DNA of 64,000 nt, taken from an uncultured Gemmatimonadales bacterium. Its GTDB lineage: Bacteria; Gemmatimonadota; Gemmatimonadetes; Longimicrobiales; RSA9. Positions within the stretch are counted from its first letter, which is position 1; each line of letters opens with the position of its first letter. The stretch spans positions 576,001 to 640,000 of the forward strand of contig CAWAMW010000002.1 in the NCBI GenBank assembly GCA_963783305.1. Reading direction: 5' to 3'. Below, piece after piece: positions 42,778-51,658 of this stretch. The position numbers and the translations under genes were made by a program. The notes under the pieces are model-generated. The model saw only the letters and a program-made list of their open reading frames with translations. It ran no database searches and had not been told where the DNA came from.

Positions 42778-43446
42778 ATGACTGACCGTAGCCACGCTCC
42801 ACAAGAAGAAACGCGACCCTCGGATCGGGCGCAAGAACCGGACGACGGGTTCCGCGCGGATCTGCCGCTCGCGATCCTGGTATCCGTGCGCCAGCACGAT
42901 CGACCCGCCGAAGTCCTCGAGGACGAGGACCTCACCGCCAGCCTGCCACGCCGCCTGGGCCTGACCGGGGTGGTGGAGAGCCAGATCCATCGGTATCGGG
43001 TCGCGCGGAAACGACGCGAGCGGGTTCCGTTCGACGATGTCGCCAACCTGCTCCGCCTGGTGCTCCGGCGGCCCGACTCCGAGGCGATCCTGCGAGAGGC
43101 CGGGCACGACCTGGCACGTCATCACGGCCGCAAGATCTTCTATCGCCTCGCGGCCGTGGCCCAGCTGCTCCCCGACGCCCTCTCCTCCCGCATCGCCAAG
43201 CGGAGCGTGCGGCGGCTCATGCGCAGGATCGGCGGGGGCGTGCCGCTCCGCGTCACACGCTCACCGTTCCAGGTCGAGCTGAGGAGCCCCGTGACCGCCC
43301 GCGCCGACCGGTGGGGAGTGGCCTGCGTCCTGTACGGCGCCGCCATTGAGGAGGCCGTCCAGCACGCCATCGGGCGACGGCCCCACGTCCAGCACACCAG
43401 CTGCGAGGCCAAGGGGGACGAGCGCTGCGTCTGGACCGTGGACTGA
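42778..43446 (+). CDS. V4R-domain-like hypothetical protein
   Basis: C-terminal C..YGAA...HTSCEAKGDERCVW. Confidence 0.75.
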   Translation: MTDRSHAPQEETRPSDRAQEPDDGFRADLPLAILVSVRQHDRPAEVLEDEDLTASLPRRLGLTGVVESQIHRYRVARKRRERVPFDDVANLLRLVLRRPDSEAILREAGHDLARHHGRKIFYRLAAVAQLLPDALSSRIAKRSVRRLMRRIGGGVPLRVTRSPFQVELRSPVTARADRWGVACVLYGAAIEEAVQHAIGRRPHVQHTSCEAKGDERCVWTVD

Positions 43447-43459
43447 GCGCTGCCCCGGC

Positions 43460-44605
43460 CTAGTCCTCGTCCCCTTCCTCGATCCCCGCCGCCTTCAGCA
43501 GCTTCATCCGGATCTGTCGGTTGAACGTGTCCCACTTCAGCCGCATGTGATCCGGGTCCTGCGTTCCCTCCAGGAACCCGACCGGGATCTCGAAGCCGCC
43601 CGCGCGGTCGCGGCCCCCGCCGTAGTACCGGCCGCGGAAATCGCTCCCGAGCGAGCTCTTGAGGAACTGGTCGATATCCATGGTGACCTTGCTCGTCCGC
43701 ACACTGCCCACCACCAGCTCCCGCTCCCCCTCGCCCTGCACGATGCCGTAGACGATGGCCGTGTGGACGTTCTCCTCGGTGATGAGGAAGTCGGCCGCCT
43801 GCGGGACCGCGTCGCGGTCCGCGTGCCGCAGATAGCCCACCCCGGCGAGACTGAAGCCGCCCTTCACGAGCCGGTCCGAGAGCGCCGTCTCGATTACGTC
43901 CATGGTCCCGTGCGAACGCTGCACCCGCATGATCCGCTCGAGCAGCTCCGGGTCGAGTAGCCGACTGAGGTAGCTGGCCGCCAGCAGCTCGTCCGCGCCC
44001 GCCCGCACCAGCCCGTTCGTCTCCGTACGGAGCCCGTGCACCAGCGCGGTCGCCAGATTCACATGCGCCTGGTTGTCCGGGTCCAGCTCGAGCGTGTGCC
44101 CGCTCCGGAGGTAGTCCGTGAGGATCGTCGCGGCGGCCCCCACCGGACGGACATCGGTGAACTGCGGCTCCAGCACACCCTGCGGCGCGTGGTGATCGAT
44201 CACCGCCAACGCCGGAACGCCGTGCTCGCTCAGCCGGTCCGTGAGTCGGGTCGTCGTGCCCTGGTTGTCAATGAAGATGGCCCCATCGTACCGGTCCAGC
44301 GGGAGCGCCTCGGTGAATCGGATCAGGTTGATGGACAGGATATGGACCAGCGCCAGGTTCTCCTGGTGGCTGATCCGACCCTCGTAGACGATGTCCACCT
44401 CGATGCCATGCTCCGCCGCCAGCGTCCGGTACGCCATCGCCGACGAGATGGCGTCCGGGTCCGGGAAGTCCTGCACCGCCACGATGTGCACCTCGCCCCT
44501 GTGGCTCTCCAGGAACGCGGCGAACGCCCCCGCCCGCCGATCGTCTCCGAAGTGCGGCGCGAGGTCGAGCATGCTGCGTGTCGGTGTGTCCGTGGCTGAT
44601 ATCAT
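43460..44605 (-). CDS. DHH family phosphoesterase (NrnA-like)
   Basis: DPDAISS, IDHH, GSVRT, GGGRDRAGG. Start chosen downstream of the sigma-54 site. Confidence 0.88.
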   Translation of the reverse strand: MISATDTPTRSMLDLAPHFGDDRRAGAFAAFLESHRGEVHIVAVQDFPDPDAISSAMAYRTLAAEHGIEVDIVYEGRISHQENLALVHILSINLIRFTEALPLDRYDGAIFIDNQGTTTRLTDRLSEHGVPALAVIDHHAPQGVLEPQFTDVRPVGAAATILTDYLRSGHTLELDPDNQAHVNLATALVHGLRTETNGLVRAGADELLAASYLSRLLDPELLERIMRVQRSHGTMDVIETALSDRLVKGGFSLAGVGYLRHADRDAVPQAADFLITEENVHTAIVYGIVQGEGERELVVGSVRTSKVTMDIDQFLKSSLGSDFRGRYYGGGRDRAGGFEIPVGFLEGTQDPDHMRLKWDTFNRQIRMKLLKAAGIEEGDED

Positions 44606-44636
44606 GGTCCCTGCTACCCGGTTCGGTGGGATGGGT

Positions 44637-44652
44637 TGCGAAGGCCGTGCCA
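44637..44652 (-). promoter_or_regulatory. Candidate sigma-54 promoter of the DHH gene
   Basis: Minus strand TGGCACGGCCTTCGCA, about 30 nt upstream of ATG 44605. Confidence 0.65.
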
Positions 44653-44818
44653 TGGCACCGCTCGGAAGTACGCCTGAGGCGTGCTGTTCGGCCGGTCGGG
44701 CTTCGCTGTCCCTGGTGGGGGGCGGGTATGACGGGGTTGAACATCCCGCGCGGGGTAACGACCTCGCGGTCGGGGGCCCGGAGGGGCGGTCAGGGGGCCG
44801 CGGCCGCGTGACGTGGTC

Positions 44819-45246
44819 GCTTCCATGGGACGGGGGTCGGAGGTCCGGCGCGACCGCTCGATGCTCAGGAAGCGCCCCCGCGCAACGCTTCAGTGAGGCC
44901 GAGGCTCTGAGGCCGCCAGCCACGGCTCGTATATGACGGGAACCCCCGACAGCTCGGAGGTTCACGACGCCGAGGCTCGAAGGCCCACGCGTTGCTCACG
45001 GCCCTCGACGCGTGGGGGATAAGGCACGCCAATCGACGCGAGGCCCCCATCCGTCGCTCTCCGCCTCCGACGCGTGTGGGGTTGACGCTGCGCTTCGGCG
45101 GAAACGACATCGAGCCGTCCGACGGCGGGCGCATCCCGCTGCTTCAATGAGGTCGGAGCCCGAAGGCCCCGGAGACGCCGAGGAAATCATCCGGAAGCGG
45201 AAGCTTCACCCGCTACAATGACGCCGGGGCCCGGGGCCCGGAGGAC
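44819..45246 (-). CRISPR. Degenerate orphan CRISPR-like array (at least 5 repeats)
   Basis: Repeat-like units begin at 44819, 44887, 44959, 45141 and 45212, with 32-35 nt unique spacers between adjacent pairs. Best copy 45141-45176, reverse complement GTCTCCGGGGCCTTCGGGCTCCGACCTCATTGAAGC. Confidence 0.7.
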
Positions 45247-45322
45247 GCCGCCCTCCGGCAACCTCCGGGGCGCTGTACGCGGGGGAACGCGGGCGGGCGG
45301 GCCGCGGGGGCTGATCGGAGGT

Positions 45323-45426
45323 CCGTCCGCGGCGGATGATCCGCGGCTGTCCGTGGACGCGGTTCCGGGGCTGTCCGCGGCGGGGGGAGGGTGTCTGTCC
45401 GCGGAGGACGCAGATCCGCCTGTCGG
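45323..45426. repeat. Degenerate 24-bp tandem repeat
   Basis: C(T/C)GTCCG at 45323, 45347, 45371 and 45395, plus CTGTCGG at 45420. Confidence 0.65.
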
Positions 45427-45573
45427 CAGGGGCACGACCCGGCCCGTGGCCGACCGGCCGTCCCACCCCGCCATGGCCGTGCCCCGGCTGACCGGCCACT
45501 CTCCGTGCGGTAACCGGGCGGAACAACCTGCCTGGCCCCGGAGACGGGAAAGCCGATCGGGAGCAGGGAGGCC

Positions 45574-46497
45574 ATGGAACATCATTTGGAACAACGGATC
45601 TTTGCGCTGGCGCAGCGACAGCTTGGTGTGGTGTCGCGACAGCAACTCCTGGCCCTTGGTCTCCGACCTGGGGTGGTTCGGCGGCGCGTCGCTTCGGGAG
45701 CGTATCGTCGGCTCCACCGCGGGGTCTACCTCCTGGGTCCCATCGAACACACGTATTCCCGGGAAATGGCGGCGGTCCTCGCCTGTGGTCCTGATGCCGT
45801 GGCGAGCCACCGCAATGGCGCGTGGTTGTGGGACCTGGTCCCTTCACCGGCGACAGGGAGCGCGGTGGACATCTCCGTCGACGGACGCCACAATACCGAC
45901 CGCCCCGGCATCCGGGTGCGACGGAGGCGGCACCTCCATCCCTCGGAACGCACTGTCCACCACGGTGTTCCCGTCACCGCCCCCGGCCGGACGCTCCTGG
46001 ACCTGGCAACGGTCGCCGGTCCGGATGAGCTCGAGCGTGCGGTTGCCCGGGCCGAGCGCGAGCGACTCGTCGGGGCACGCGAGCTTTCGCGGATGATCAC
46101 GCGGTACCCGCGCAGAGCGGGCGTCCCTGCTCTTCGCGCCATCGTCGAACGGGCCGGCGGCCCGGCGTTGACACGGTCCGAAGCCGAGGCCCGTTTCCTC
46201 GCGCTCGTCCGGCGCGCCAGACTGGCCGCGCCGGAAGCCAATGTCCGGATCGCCGGCCGCGAGATCGACTTCTTCTGGCGCGCTGAGCGGGTGGCGGTGG
46301 AGGTGGACGGGTACCGGTATCACGGCACACGGGTTCGTTTCGAAGGCGACCATCGGCGCGGCGCACACCTCGCGGCTCACGGGATCCACGTCATCCCCGT
46401 CACCTGGCGTCAGATCGTCGAAGACGAGGTGGGAACCGCCGCCGACCTGGCCCGCGCCCTCGCGCACGCGCAGGTCGCCCGGGGGCACGGGGCCTGA
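45574..46497 (+). CDS. AbiEi-like N-terminal domain plus DUF559/Vsr-like PD-(D/E)XK nuclease domain protein
   Basis: ALAQRQLGVVSRQQL...RLHRGVY, ASHRNGAWLW, PVTAPGRTLLDLA, TRSEAE, EIDFFW...VAVEVDGYRYH. Confidence 0.87.
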   Translation: MEHHLEQRIFALAQRQLGVVSRQQLLALGLRPGVVRRRVASGAYRRLHRGVYLLGPIEHTYSREMAAVLACGPDAVASHRNGAWLWDLVPSPATGSAVDISVDGRHNTDRPGIRVRRRRHLHPSERTVHHGVPVTAPGRTLLDLATVAGPDELERAVARAERERLVGARELSRMITRYPRRAGVPALRAIVERAGGPALTRSEAEARFLALVRRARLAAPEANVRIAGREIDFFWRAERVAVEVDGYRYHGTRVRFEGDHRRGAHLAAHGIHVIPVTWRQIVEDEVGTAADLARALAHAQVARGHGA

Positions 46498-46605
46498 GAG
46501 GGCACCGTCAGGCGGTGGGGTCTTGCGGGTCGTAGGCCGCCCTGCCCGATGGCCCGCCTCCTACTCGCCGGCCGGGTGTTGAGTCCATACCCCGCCTGGG
46601 GCTCC

Positions 46606-46708
46606 ACTCGCCGAGGGGCGCGAAGCCGACGCCCGGACTCGCCGAGGGGCGCGAAGCCAGACGCCCGGACTCGCCGAGGGGCGCGAAGCCCGACGCCCGG
46701 ACTCGCCG
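46606..46708. repeat. 31/32-bp tandem repeat, about 3.3 copies
   Basis: ACTCGCCGAGGGGCGCGAAGCC(-/A/C)GACGCCCGG at 46606, 46637 and 46669, partial at 46701. Confidence 0.92.
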
Positions 46709-46720
46709 CTCCGGGTGACG

Positions 46721-46898
46721 CCCCCGACCCGCGGAACGTAAGGGCTCCAGGCGACGCAACCCCCCACGGTCCCGGCCTCTCCCCCGTCGGGTGGGGTGTA
46801 AACGGCTCCAGGCGACGCAAACTCCTCAGAGGCCCGGGCTCTCCCCCGACCCGTGGGGCGTACGGGCTTCAGGGCGACGCATACTCCCCGCGGGCCCG
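46721..46898. repeat. Imperfect ~61-bp tandem repeat, 3 copies
   Basis: CCCCCG...GTA...GGCT(C/T)CAGG(G)CGACGCA...CCCG units at about 46721, 46781 and 46843. Confidence 0.8.
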
Positions 46899-46964
46899 CC
46901 GGCCCGCCGACGCGTGAGCATCTCGGGCCCGGGGAGGTGCCGCGCCGCGACCCAACAGCGAGCG

Positions 46965-48953
46965 TCAGCGAGCGTTCCCGCCGTGCCCGACGTCCGGCCG
47001 CTCCTCGTCGGCCGGCTGCTCGACCGGTGTGCCCATGATCTCGCGCAGCTCCTCGCGGGTGACGACCTCGTTTTCGAGGAGGGCCTCGGCGACGCGCTCG
47101 ATGAGGTCGCGATCGGCGGTGAGGATCTGGCGGGTGCGCTCCCGCGACTCGCTCACCATCCGGCGAACCTCTTCATCGATGGTGCGGGCGGTGTCTTCGC
47201 TGTAGCTCCGCTGCTGGGGCCAGCCCCCCTCGCCGTTGCCGAGGAAGGTCTGCCGCTGCTTCTCGTAACCCACGGCGCCCAGCGCATCGGACATGCCGTA
47301 CTGCCGCACCATGTTGCGAGCCAGCTCACCCACTCGCTCCAGGTCATTGCTGGCGCCCGTGGAGATCTCTTCGAAGACGATCTCTTCGGCCACGCGGCCG
47401 CCGAGCAGAACGGCCATACGGTCCAGCAGCTCCTGCCGCTGGAGCAGGTAGCGCTCGTCCTCCGGGAGCTGCTGTGTGTAGCCCAGCGCGCCCACGCCAC
47501 GGGGGATGATGCTGATCTTGTGAACGGGATCGGCGTGGTCCACACGCTCGGCGACGATGGCGTGGCCGGCCTCGTGGTACGCCACGATCCGGCGCTCCTT
47601 CTCGTTCACCAGCCGGTTCTTCTTCTCGAGGCCGGCGACCACGCGGTCGATGGCGGCGTCCAGGTCCACCATGGCCACTTCGGTCTTGTCCTTCCGCGCG
47701 GCCAGCAGCGCTCCCTCGTTGAGCAGGTTGGCCAGGTCGGCGCCCACGAAGCCGGGTGTGCGGCGGGCGAGGACGTCGAGGTCCACGTCCCGGGCGAGCT
47801 TGATGTTCTTGGCGTGGACCCGGAGGATCGCTTCCCGACCCTTCCGGTCCGGGCGGTCCACGACCACCTGGCGGTCGAAGCGGCCGGGGCGAAGCAGCGC
47901 CGGGTCGAGGATCTCGGGGCGGTTGGTGGCGGCCATGATGATGACGCCCGTCTGCGGATCGAAGCCGTCCATCTCCACCAGCAGCTGATTGAGCGTCTGC
48001 TCCCGCTCGTCGTTGCCGCCCATGGGGCCGCCAGCCCCGCGCGCCTTGCCGAGCGCATCCAGCTCATCGATGAAGACGATGCAGGGGGCGTTGGCCTTCG
48101 CCTGCTCGAACAGGTCCCGCACCCGCGACGCGCCCACGCCCACGAACATCTCCACGAACTCCGAGCCGTTCATGGAGAAGAAGGTCACGCCCGCCTCGCC
48201 CGCCACGGCCCGGGCCAGCAGCGTCTTGCCGGTGCCGGGCGCCCCCGCCAGCATGACACCCTTGGGGATCCGGGCGCCCACGCGGTGGAACTTCTCCGGC
48301 TCCTGGAGGAACTCCACGATCTCCACCAGCTCCTGCTTCGCCTCGTCGGCGCCGGCGACATCGTCGAAATCGACGCCGGTCCCTTCCTCCCCCACGATCT
48401 TCGCGCGGTTCTTCCCAACCTTCATCACGCCCGACGCGGGGTTCATCCGGCGCAGCATCCAGACCCAGAAGAGGACCATGAGCCCCAGCGGCAGGAGCCA
48501 GAACAGGGCCTGGCCGAGCCAGCTCTCCCGGGCCGCCTCGATGACCACGTCGTGCTCTTCGAGCAGCGGAACGAGATCCTCGTCGCCCTCCACCCGCACC
48601 GTGGACCACGCGTCCGGCACATCCTCACGCCCCTCGGCCCAGCTGCTGTCCGGAGTCGCGGTGATGGACTGGCCGCGGAACTGGACCCGCTCGACCTGGC
48701 CCGCCTCCGCCCGCTTCTTCAGCTCCGTGTACGAGATCTGCTCGGTCTCGGGGCCGCCGAGCAGGACGTTCAGGCCGATCAGGAGCAGGAACGCCAACAG
48801 GAAGTAGAAAATGGAGAAGCGGGTGCGACGGCTGTTCATGCCGCGCCGCCGGTCGGATTTGCCACCGCGACGGTCCGGCCCGCCCGGGCGTCCCCGGTCC
48901 TTGTCCCGGCGGTCGTTCGGCCCGTTTCTCCGGTCCCTTCTGGAAGGTGTCAT
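46965..48953 (-). CDS. ftsH: ATP-dependent zinc metalloprotease FtsH
   Basis: Two TMs, [27 protein letters not shown]. Start is 48953 or 48839. Confidence 0.96.
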   Translation of the reverse strand: MTPSRRDRRNGPNDRRDKDRGRPGGPDRRGGKSDRRRGMNSRRTRFSIFYFLLAFLLLIGLNVLLGGPETEQISYTELKKRAEAGQVERVQFRGQSITATPDSSWAEGREDVPDAWSTVRVEGDEDLVPLLEEHDVVIEAARESWLGQALFWLLPLGLMVLFWVWMLRRMNPASGVMKVGKNRAKIVGEEGTGVDFDDVAGADEAKQELVEIVEFLQEPEKFHRVGARIPKGVMLAGAPGTGKTLLARAVAGEAGVTFFSMNGSEFVEMFVGVGASRVRDLFEQAKANAPCIVFIDELDALGKARGAGGPMGGNDEREQTLNQLLVEMDGFDPQTGVIIMAATNRPEILDPALLRPGRFDRQVVVDRPDRKGREAILRVHAKNIKLARDVDLDVLARRTPGFVGADLANLLNEGALLAARKDKTEVAMVDLDAAIDRVVAGLEKKNRLVNEKERRIVAYHEAGHAIVAERVDHADPVHKISIIPRGVGALGYTQQLPEDERYLLQRQELLDRMAVLLGGRVAEEIVFEEISTGASNDLERVGELARNMVRQYGMSDALGAVGYEKQRQTFLGNGEGGWPQQRSYSEDTARTIDEEVRRMVSESRERTRQILTADRDLIERVAEALLENEVVTREELREIMGTPVEQPADEERPDVGHGGNAR

Positions 48954-49120
48954 GGCGGGCGGCCGGAGGGGCAAGGAACGTACCGTGCCCGGCCCCGTCT
49001 GGACCGGCCGCCGCCCGCGCGGTCGTTGCTCGCAGGCGGAGCCGTTCCTACCTTGCCGTTCGTCCAACCCGGGCGCGCGCGACCCGCGCCCGCACCGATC
49101 CGGGACCACCGGCAGGGGCC

Positions 49121-50323
49121 GTGCGCGCCATCCGATTCCACTACCGACCGCTCCGCTACATGCTGACCCGCGCGGCCTCCCGCAGGCTGCCGGGGACAGG
49201 GGCGGGACCGTTCGGCTTCGTCCGGCTGGACGATGTCGAGCCGCCATCGCTCCCCGGCCCGGACTGGATACGGCTGGAGAGCCGCCTGAGCGGGATCTGT
49301 GGCAGCGACCTGGGTGTGATCACGGCCCACGACTCGTTCGCGCTGGAGCCCTACAGCGCCTACCCGTTCACCTTCGGCCATGAGATCGTGGCCACAGTGA
49401 TCGGCGCTGGACCCGCGGTCACCCGCTGGTCGGAGGGCGATCGGGTGATCGTGAACCCCATGTTGAGCTGCCTCCAGAAGGGGCTCGAGCCGTGCCCGGC
49501 CTGCACGCGCGGCGACTACGGCGTGTGCCGCCGCGCCACGGACGGCCTCGGCCACATCACCGGCTTCAGCCCCCTGACCGGCGGCGGCTGGGGAGATCAC
49601 CTGGTGGCGCACGAGTCGCAGCTCTGGCCGCAGGGAGACCTGTCGGACGAAGTGGCGCTCCTCACCGACCCGTTCGCCTCCGCCGCCAAGGGCGTGTACC
49701 TGGAGCCGCCGGAGTCGGACGACGTGGTGCTGGTGTTGGGCGCCGGCACCATCGGCCTCCTCACCGTCCGGGCGCTCCGGCTCACCGGGTGGGAGGGCAC
49801 CATTGCGGTCTCGGCTCGCTACGGGTTCCAGGCGCGGAAAGCCCGGGAGGCCGGCGCCGACGAGGTGCTGGAGTCGAGTCGGGCGCTGTACGACTGGGCG
49901 TCGTCGCTCCCGGGTGCGACCGCTTTCAAGCCCACTCTCGCGCCCAGACTGGTGGAGGGCGGGCCATCGCTGGTCTTCGATACCGTGGGCTCGGAGCGGA
50001 CGCTGTCGGACGCGCTGGCGCTCACACGGGAGGCGGGCCGGATCGTGGTCCCCGGCGCGGCCGCCACGGCGAAGCTGGATCTCACGCGCTTCTGGCACCG
50101 GCAGCTCCGGGCGACGGGAGTGATGGTCTATGGCCCGGTCGAGCAGGATGGCCGCACACGCGACATATTCGATACCACGCTCGAGCTTATGAGGTCGACG
50201 GACCTGGCCACGCTCGGGATGGTCACGCACACGTTCGAGCTGGAGGAGTATCGTGACGCCCTCAGGGTCGCCCTCGGGAAGGACGCCCACGACGCCATCA
50301 AGGTCGCGTTCCGTGTCCGCTGA
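49121..50323 (+). CDS. Zn-dependent MDR dehydrogenase (threonine dehydrogenase-like)
   Basis: GICGSD, GHE, C..C..C..C cluster, GAGTIG; GTG start inferred. Confidence 0.87.
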   Translation: MRAIRFHYRPLRYMLTRAASRRLPGTGAGPFGFVRLDDVEPPSLPGPDWIRLESRLSGICGSDLGVITAHDSFALEPYSAYPFTFGHEIVATVIGAGPAVTRWSEGDRVIVNPMLSCLQKGLEPCPACTRGDYGVCRRATDGLGHITGFSPLTGGGWGDHLVAHESQLWPQGDLSDEVALLTDPFASAAKGVYLEPPESDDVVLVLGAGTIGLLTVRALRLTGWEGTIAVSARYGFQARKAREAGADEVLESSRALYDWASSLPGATAFKPTLAPRLVEGGPSLVFDTVGSERTLSDALALTREAGRIVVPGAAATAKLDLTRFWHRQLRATGVMVYGPVEQDGRTRDIFDTTLELMRSTDLATLGMVTHTFELEEYRDALRVALGKDAHDAIKVAFRVR

Positions 50324-51590
50324 GTCGCTCCGCGAGTATACTCGCGATCCGTTCCAGGGCTTCTTCCAGGGTCGGGCCACCGACCCGCTGGTGGAGCCGG
50401 GGTCGCTGCTCGACACGGACGGCGTGCGCCAGTGGTTCACGCTCTTCGAGCGCGGCCTCCCCCACTCCCTCTACACCTACCAGCTCCCGCTCGGGCGCGC
50501 CCCCGGCCCGGAGTCCGCCGCGTTCGACGACCCGTTCGTCATGTTCTCGTCGTACAGCTACCTGGGCCTCATCGACGACCCGCGGATCGCCGAGCCGGTC
50601 AAGGAAGCGGTCGACCGCTACGGCACGTCCACGGGCGGGGTTCGACTCCTCACCGGCACCCTGGAGCTGCACCACGAGCTGGAGCGCGAGCTCGCCGATT
50701 TCCTCGGGACCGAGGCCGCGGCCGTCTTCAGCTCCGGCTATGACGCCAACGTCGGCGTCATCACATCGCTCTTCGGCGCCGACGACTGGGCGATCCTCGA
50801 CCAGTACGCGCACCGCAGCATCCAGGACGGCTGCCGCATGGCCGGGTGCGGGATCCGGCCGTTCCGGCACAATGACATGGAGGACCTGGAACGTCGGCTC
50901 CGACAGGCGCGGAACCGGGGCGTGAAGCGGGTCCTGGTGGCGGTGGACGGCGTCTTCAGCATGGACGGCGACCAGGCCCCGCTCAAGGACATCATCGCTC
51001 TGAAGGAGGAGTACGGCGCCTTTCTCCTCGTGGACGAGGCCCACGCGCTGGGAGCCATCGGCGAGACCGGTCGGGGGACCTGCGAGGCACAGGACGTCGA
51101 CCCGTCCAGCATTGACATCCTGACCGGCTCGCTGTCGAAGGGGATCCCCTCCTCCGGCGGGTTCGTGGCCGGGTCCATGCCCCTCAAGATCTACGTCCAG
51201 CACGGCTCCGCGCCCTACATGTTCAGCGCCGCGCTGACACCAGCGAACGCGGCCGCCGCACTGGCGGGGATACGGACGCTGCGGTCGGAGCCGCTCCTGA
51301 TGGAACGGCTCCGGGTGAACACCGAGCGGCTCCAGAGGGGGGTGGCGGAGCGCGGCCTCGGCACCGGCGCCAGCACCTCGCCCGTGGTCCCACTCATCCT
51401 GGGCGACGAGTGGCGCGCCTATACCTGGGCCCGTGGCATGCTCGAAGACGGCGTGTTCGTATCGGCCGTGGTCTTCCCCGCCGTCACCCGTGGAATGGCG
51501 CGGCTCCGGCTCTGCGCCACGTCCGCTCACGAGGAGCGCCACTTCGAGCGTCTCTTCGAGGCGATCGACAACCGGCTGGCGGAGGAGTAG
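50313..51590 (+). CDS. PLP alpha-oxoamine synthase (BioF/KBL/SPT family)
   Basis: SYLGL, FSSGYDAN, AHRSI, FRHND, GVFSMDGD, DEAH, GSLSK; overlaps the upstream stop. Confidence 0.9.
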   Translation: MSAESLREYTRDPFQGFFQGRATDPLVEPGSLLDTDGVRQWFTLFERGLPHSLYTYQLPLGRAPGPESAAFDDPFVMFSSYSYLGLIDDPRIAEPVKEAVDRYGTSTGGVRLLTGTLELHHELERELADFLGTEAAAVFSSGYDANVGVITSLFGADDWAILDQYAHRSIQDGCRMAGCGIRPFRHNDMEDLERRLRQARNRGVKRVLVAVDGVFSMDGDQAPLKDIIALKEEYGAFLLVDEAHALGAIGETGRGTCEAQDVDPSSIDILTGSLSKGIPSSGGFVAGSMPLKIYVQHGSAPYMFSAALTPANAAAALAGIRTLRSEPLLMERLRVNTERLQRGVAERGLGTGASTSPVVPLILGDEWRAYTWARGMLEDGVFVSAVVFPAVTRGMARLRLCATSAHEERHFERLFEAIDNRLAEE

Positions 51591-51658
51591 GAGTAGGAGT
51601 AGGAGTCCTACTCCTGCCTCCTGCCTCCTGCCTCCTGCCTCCTGCCTCCTGCCTCCTA
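51584..51658. repeat. (GGAGTA)x~4 plus (CTCCTGC)x6 simple repeats between convergent genes
   Basis: Read directly from the sequence; AGGAGTAGG pairs with CCTACTCCT. Confidence 0.92.

Noticed and set aside
43460..44605. DHH protein as a type III CRISPR ancillary NrN
   Set aside because: No cas10, CorA or other cas gene is nearby, the repeats look type I-like, and the gene has its own promoter.
44995..45105. Additional repeat copies near 45025 and ending at 45105 (CGGAAAC)
   Set aside because: Too degenerate to count, although the 35-nt distance to the 45141 repeat is suggestive.
45218..46096. 292-aa ORF spanning the 24-bp repeats
   Set aside because: It overlaps the AbiEi/DUF559 gene out of frame, is low complexity and starts inside a repeat.
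46606..46708. 31/32-bp repeats as a second CRISPR array
   Set aside because: The units are directly adjacent, with no spacers.
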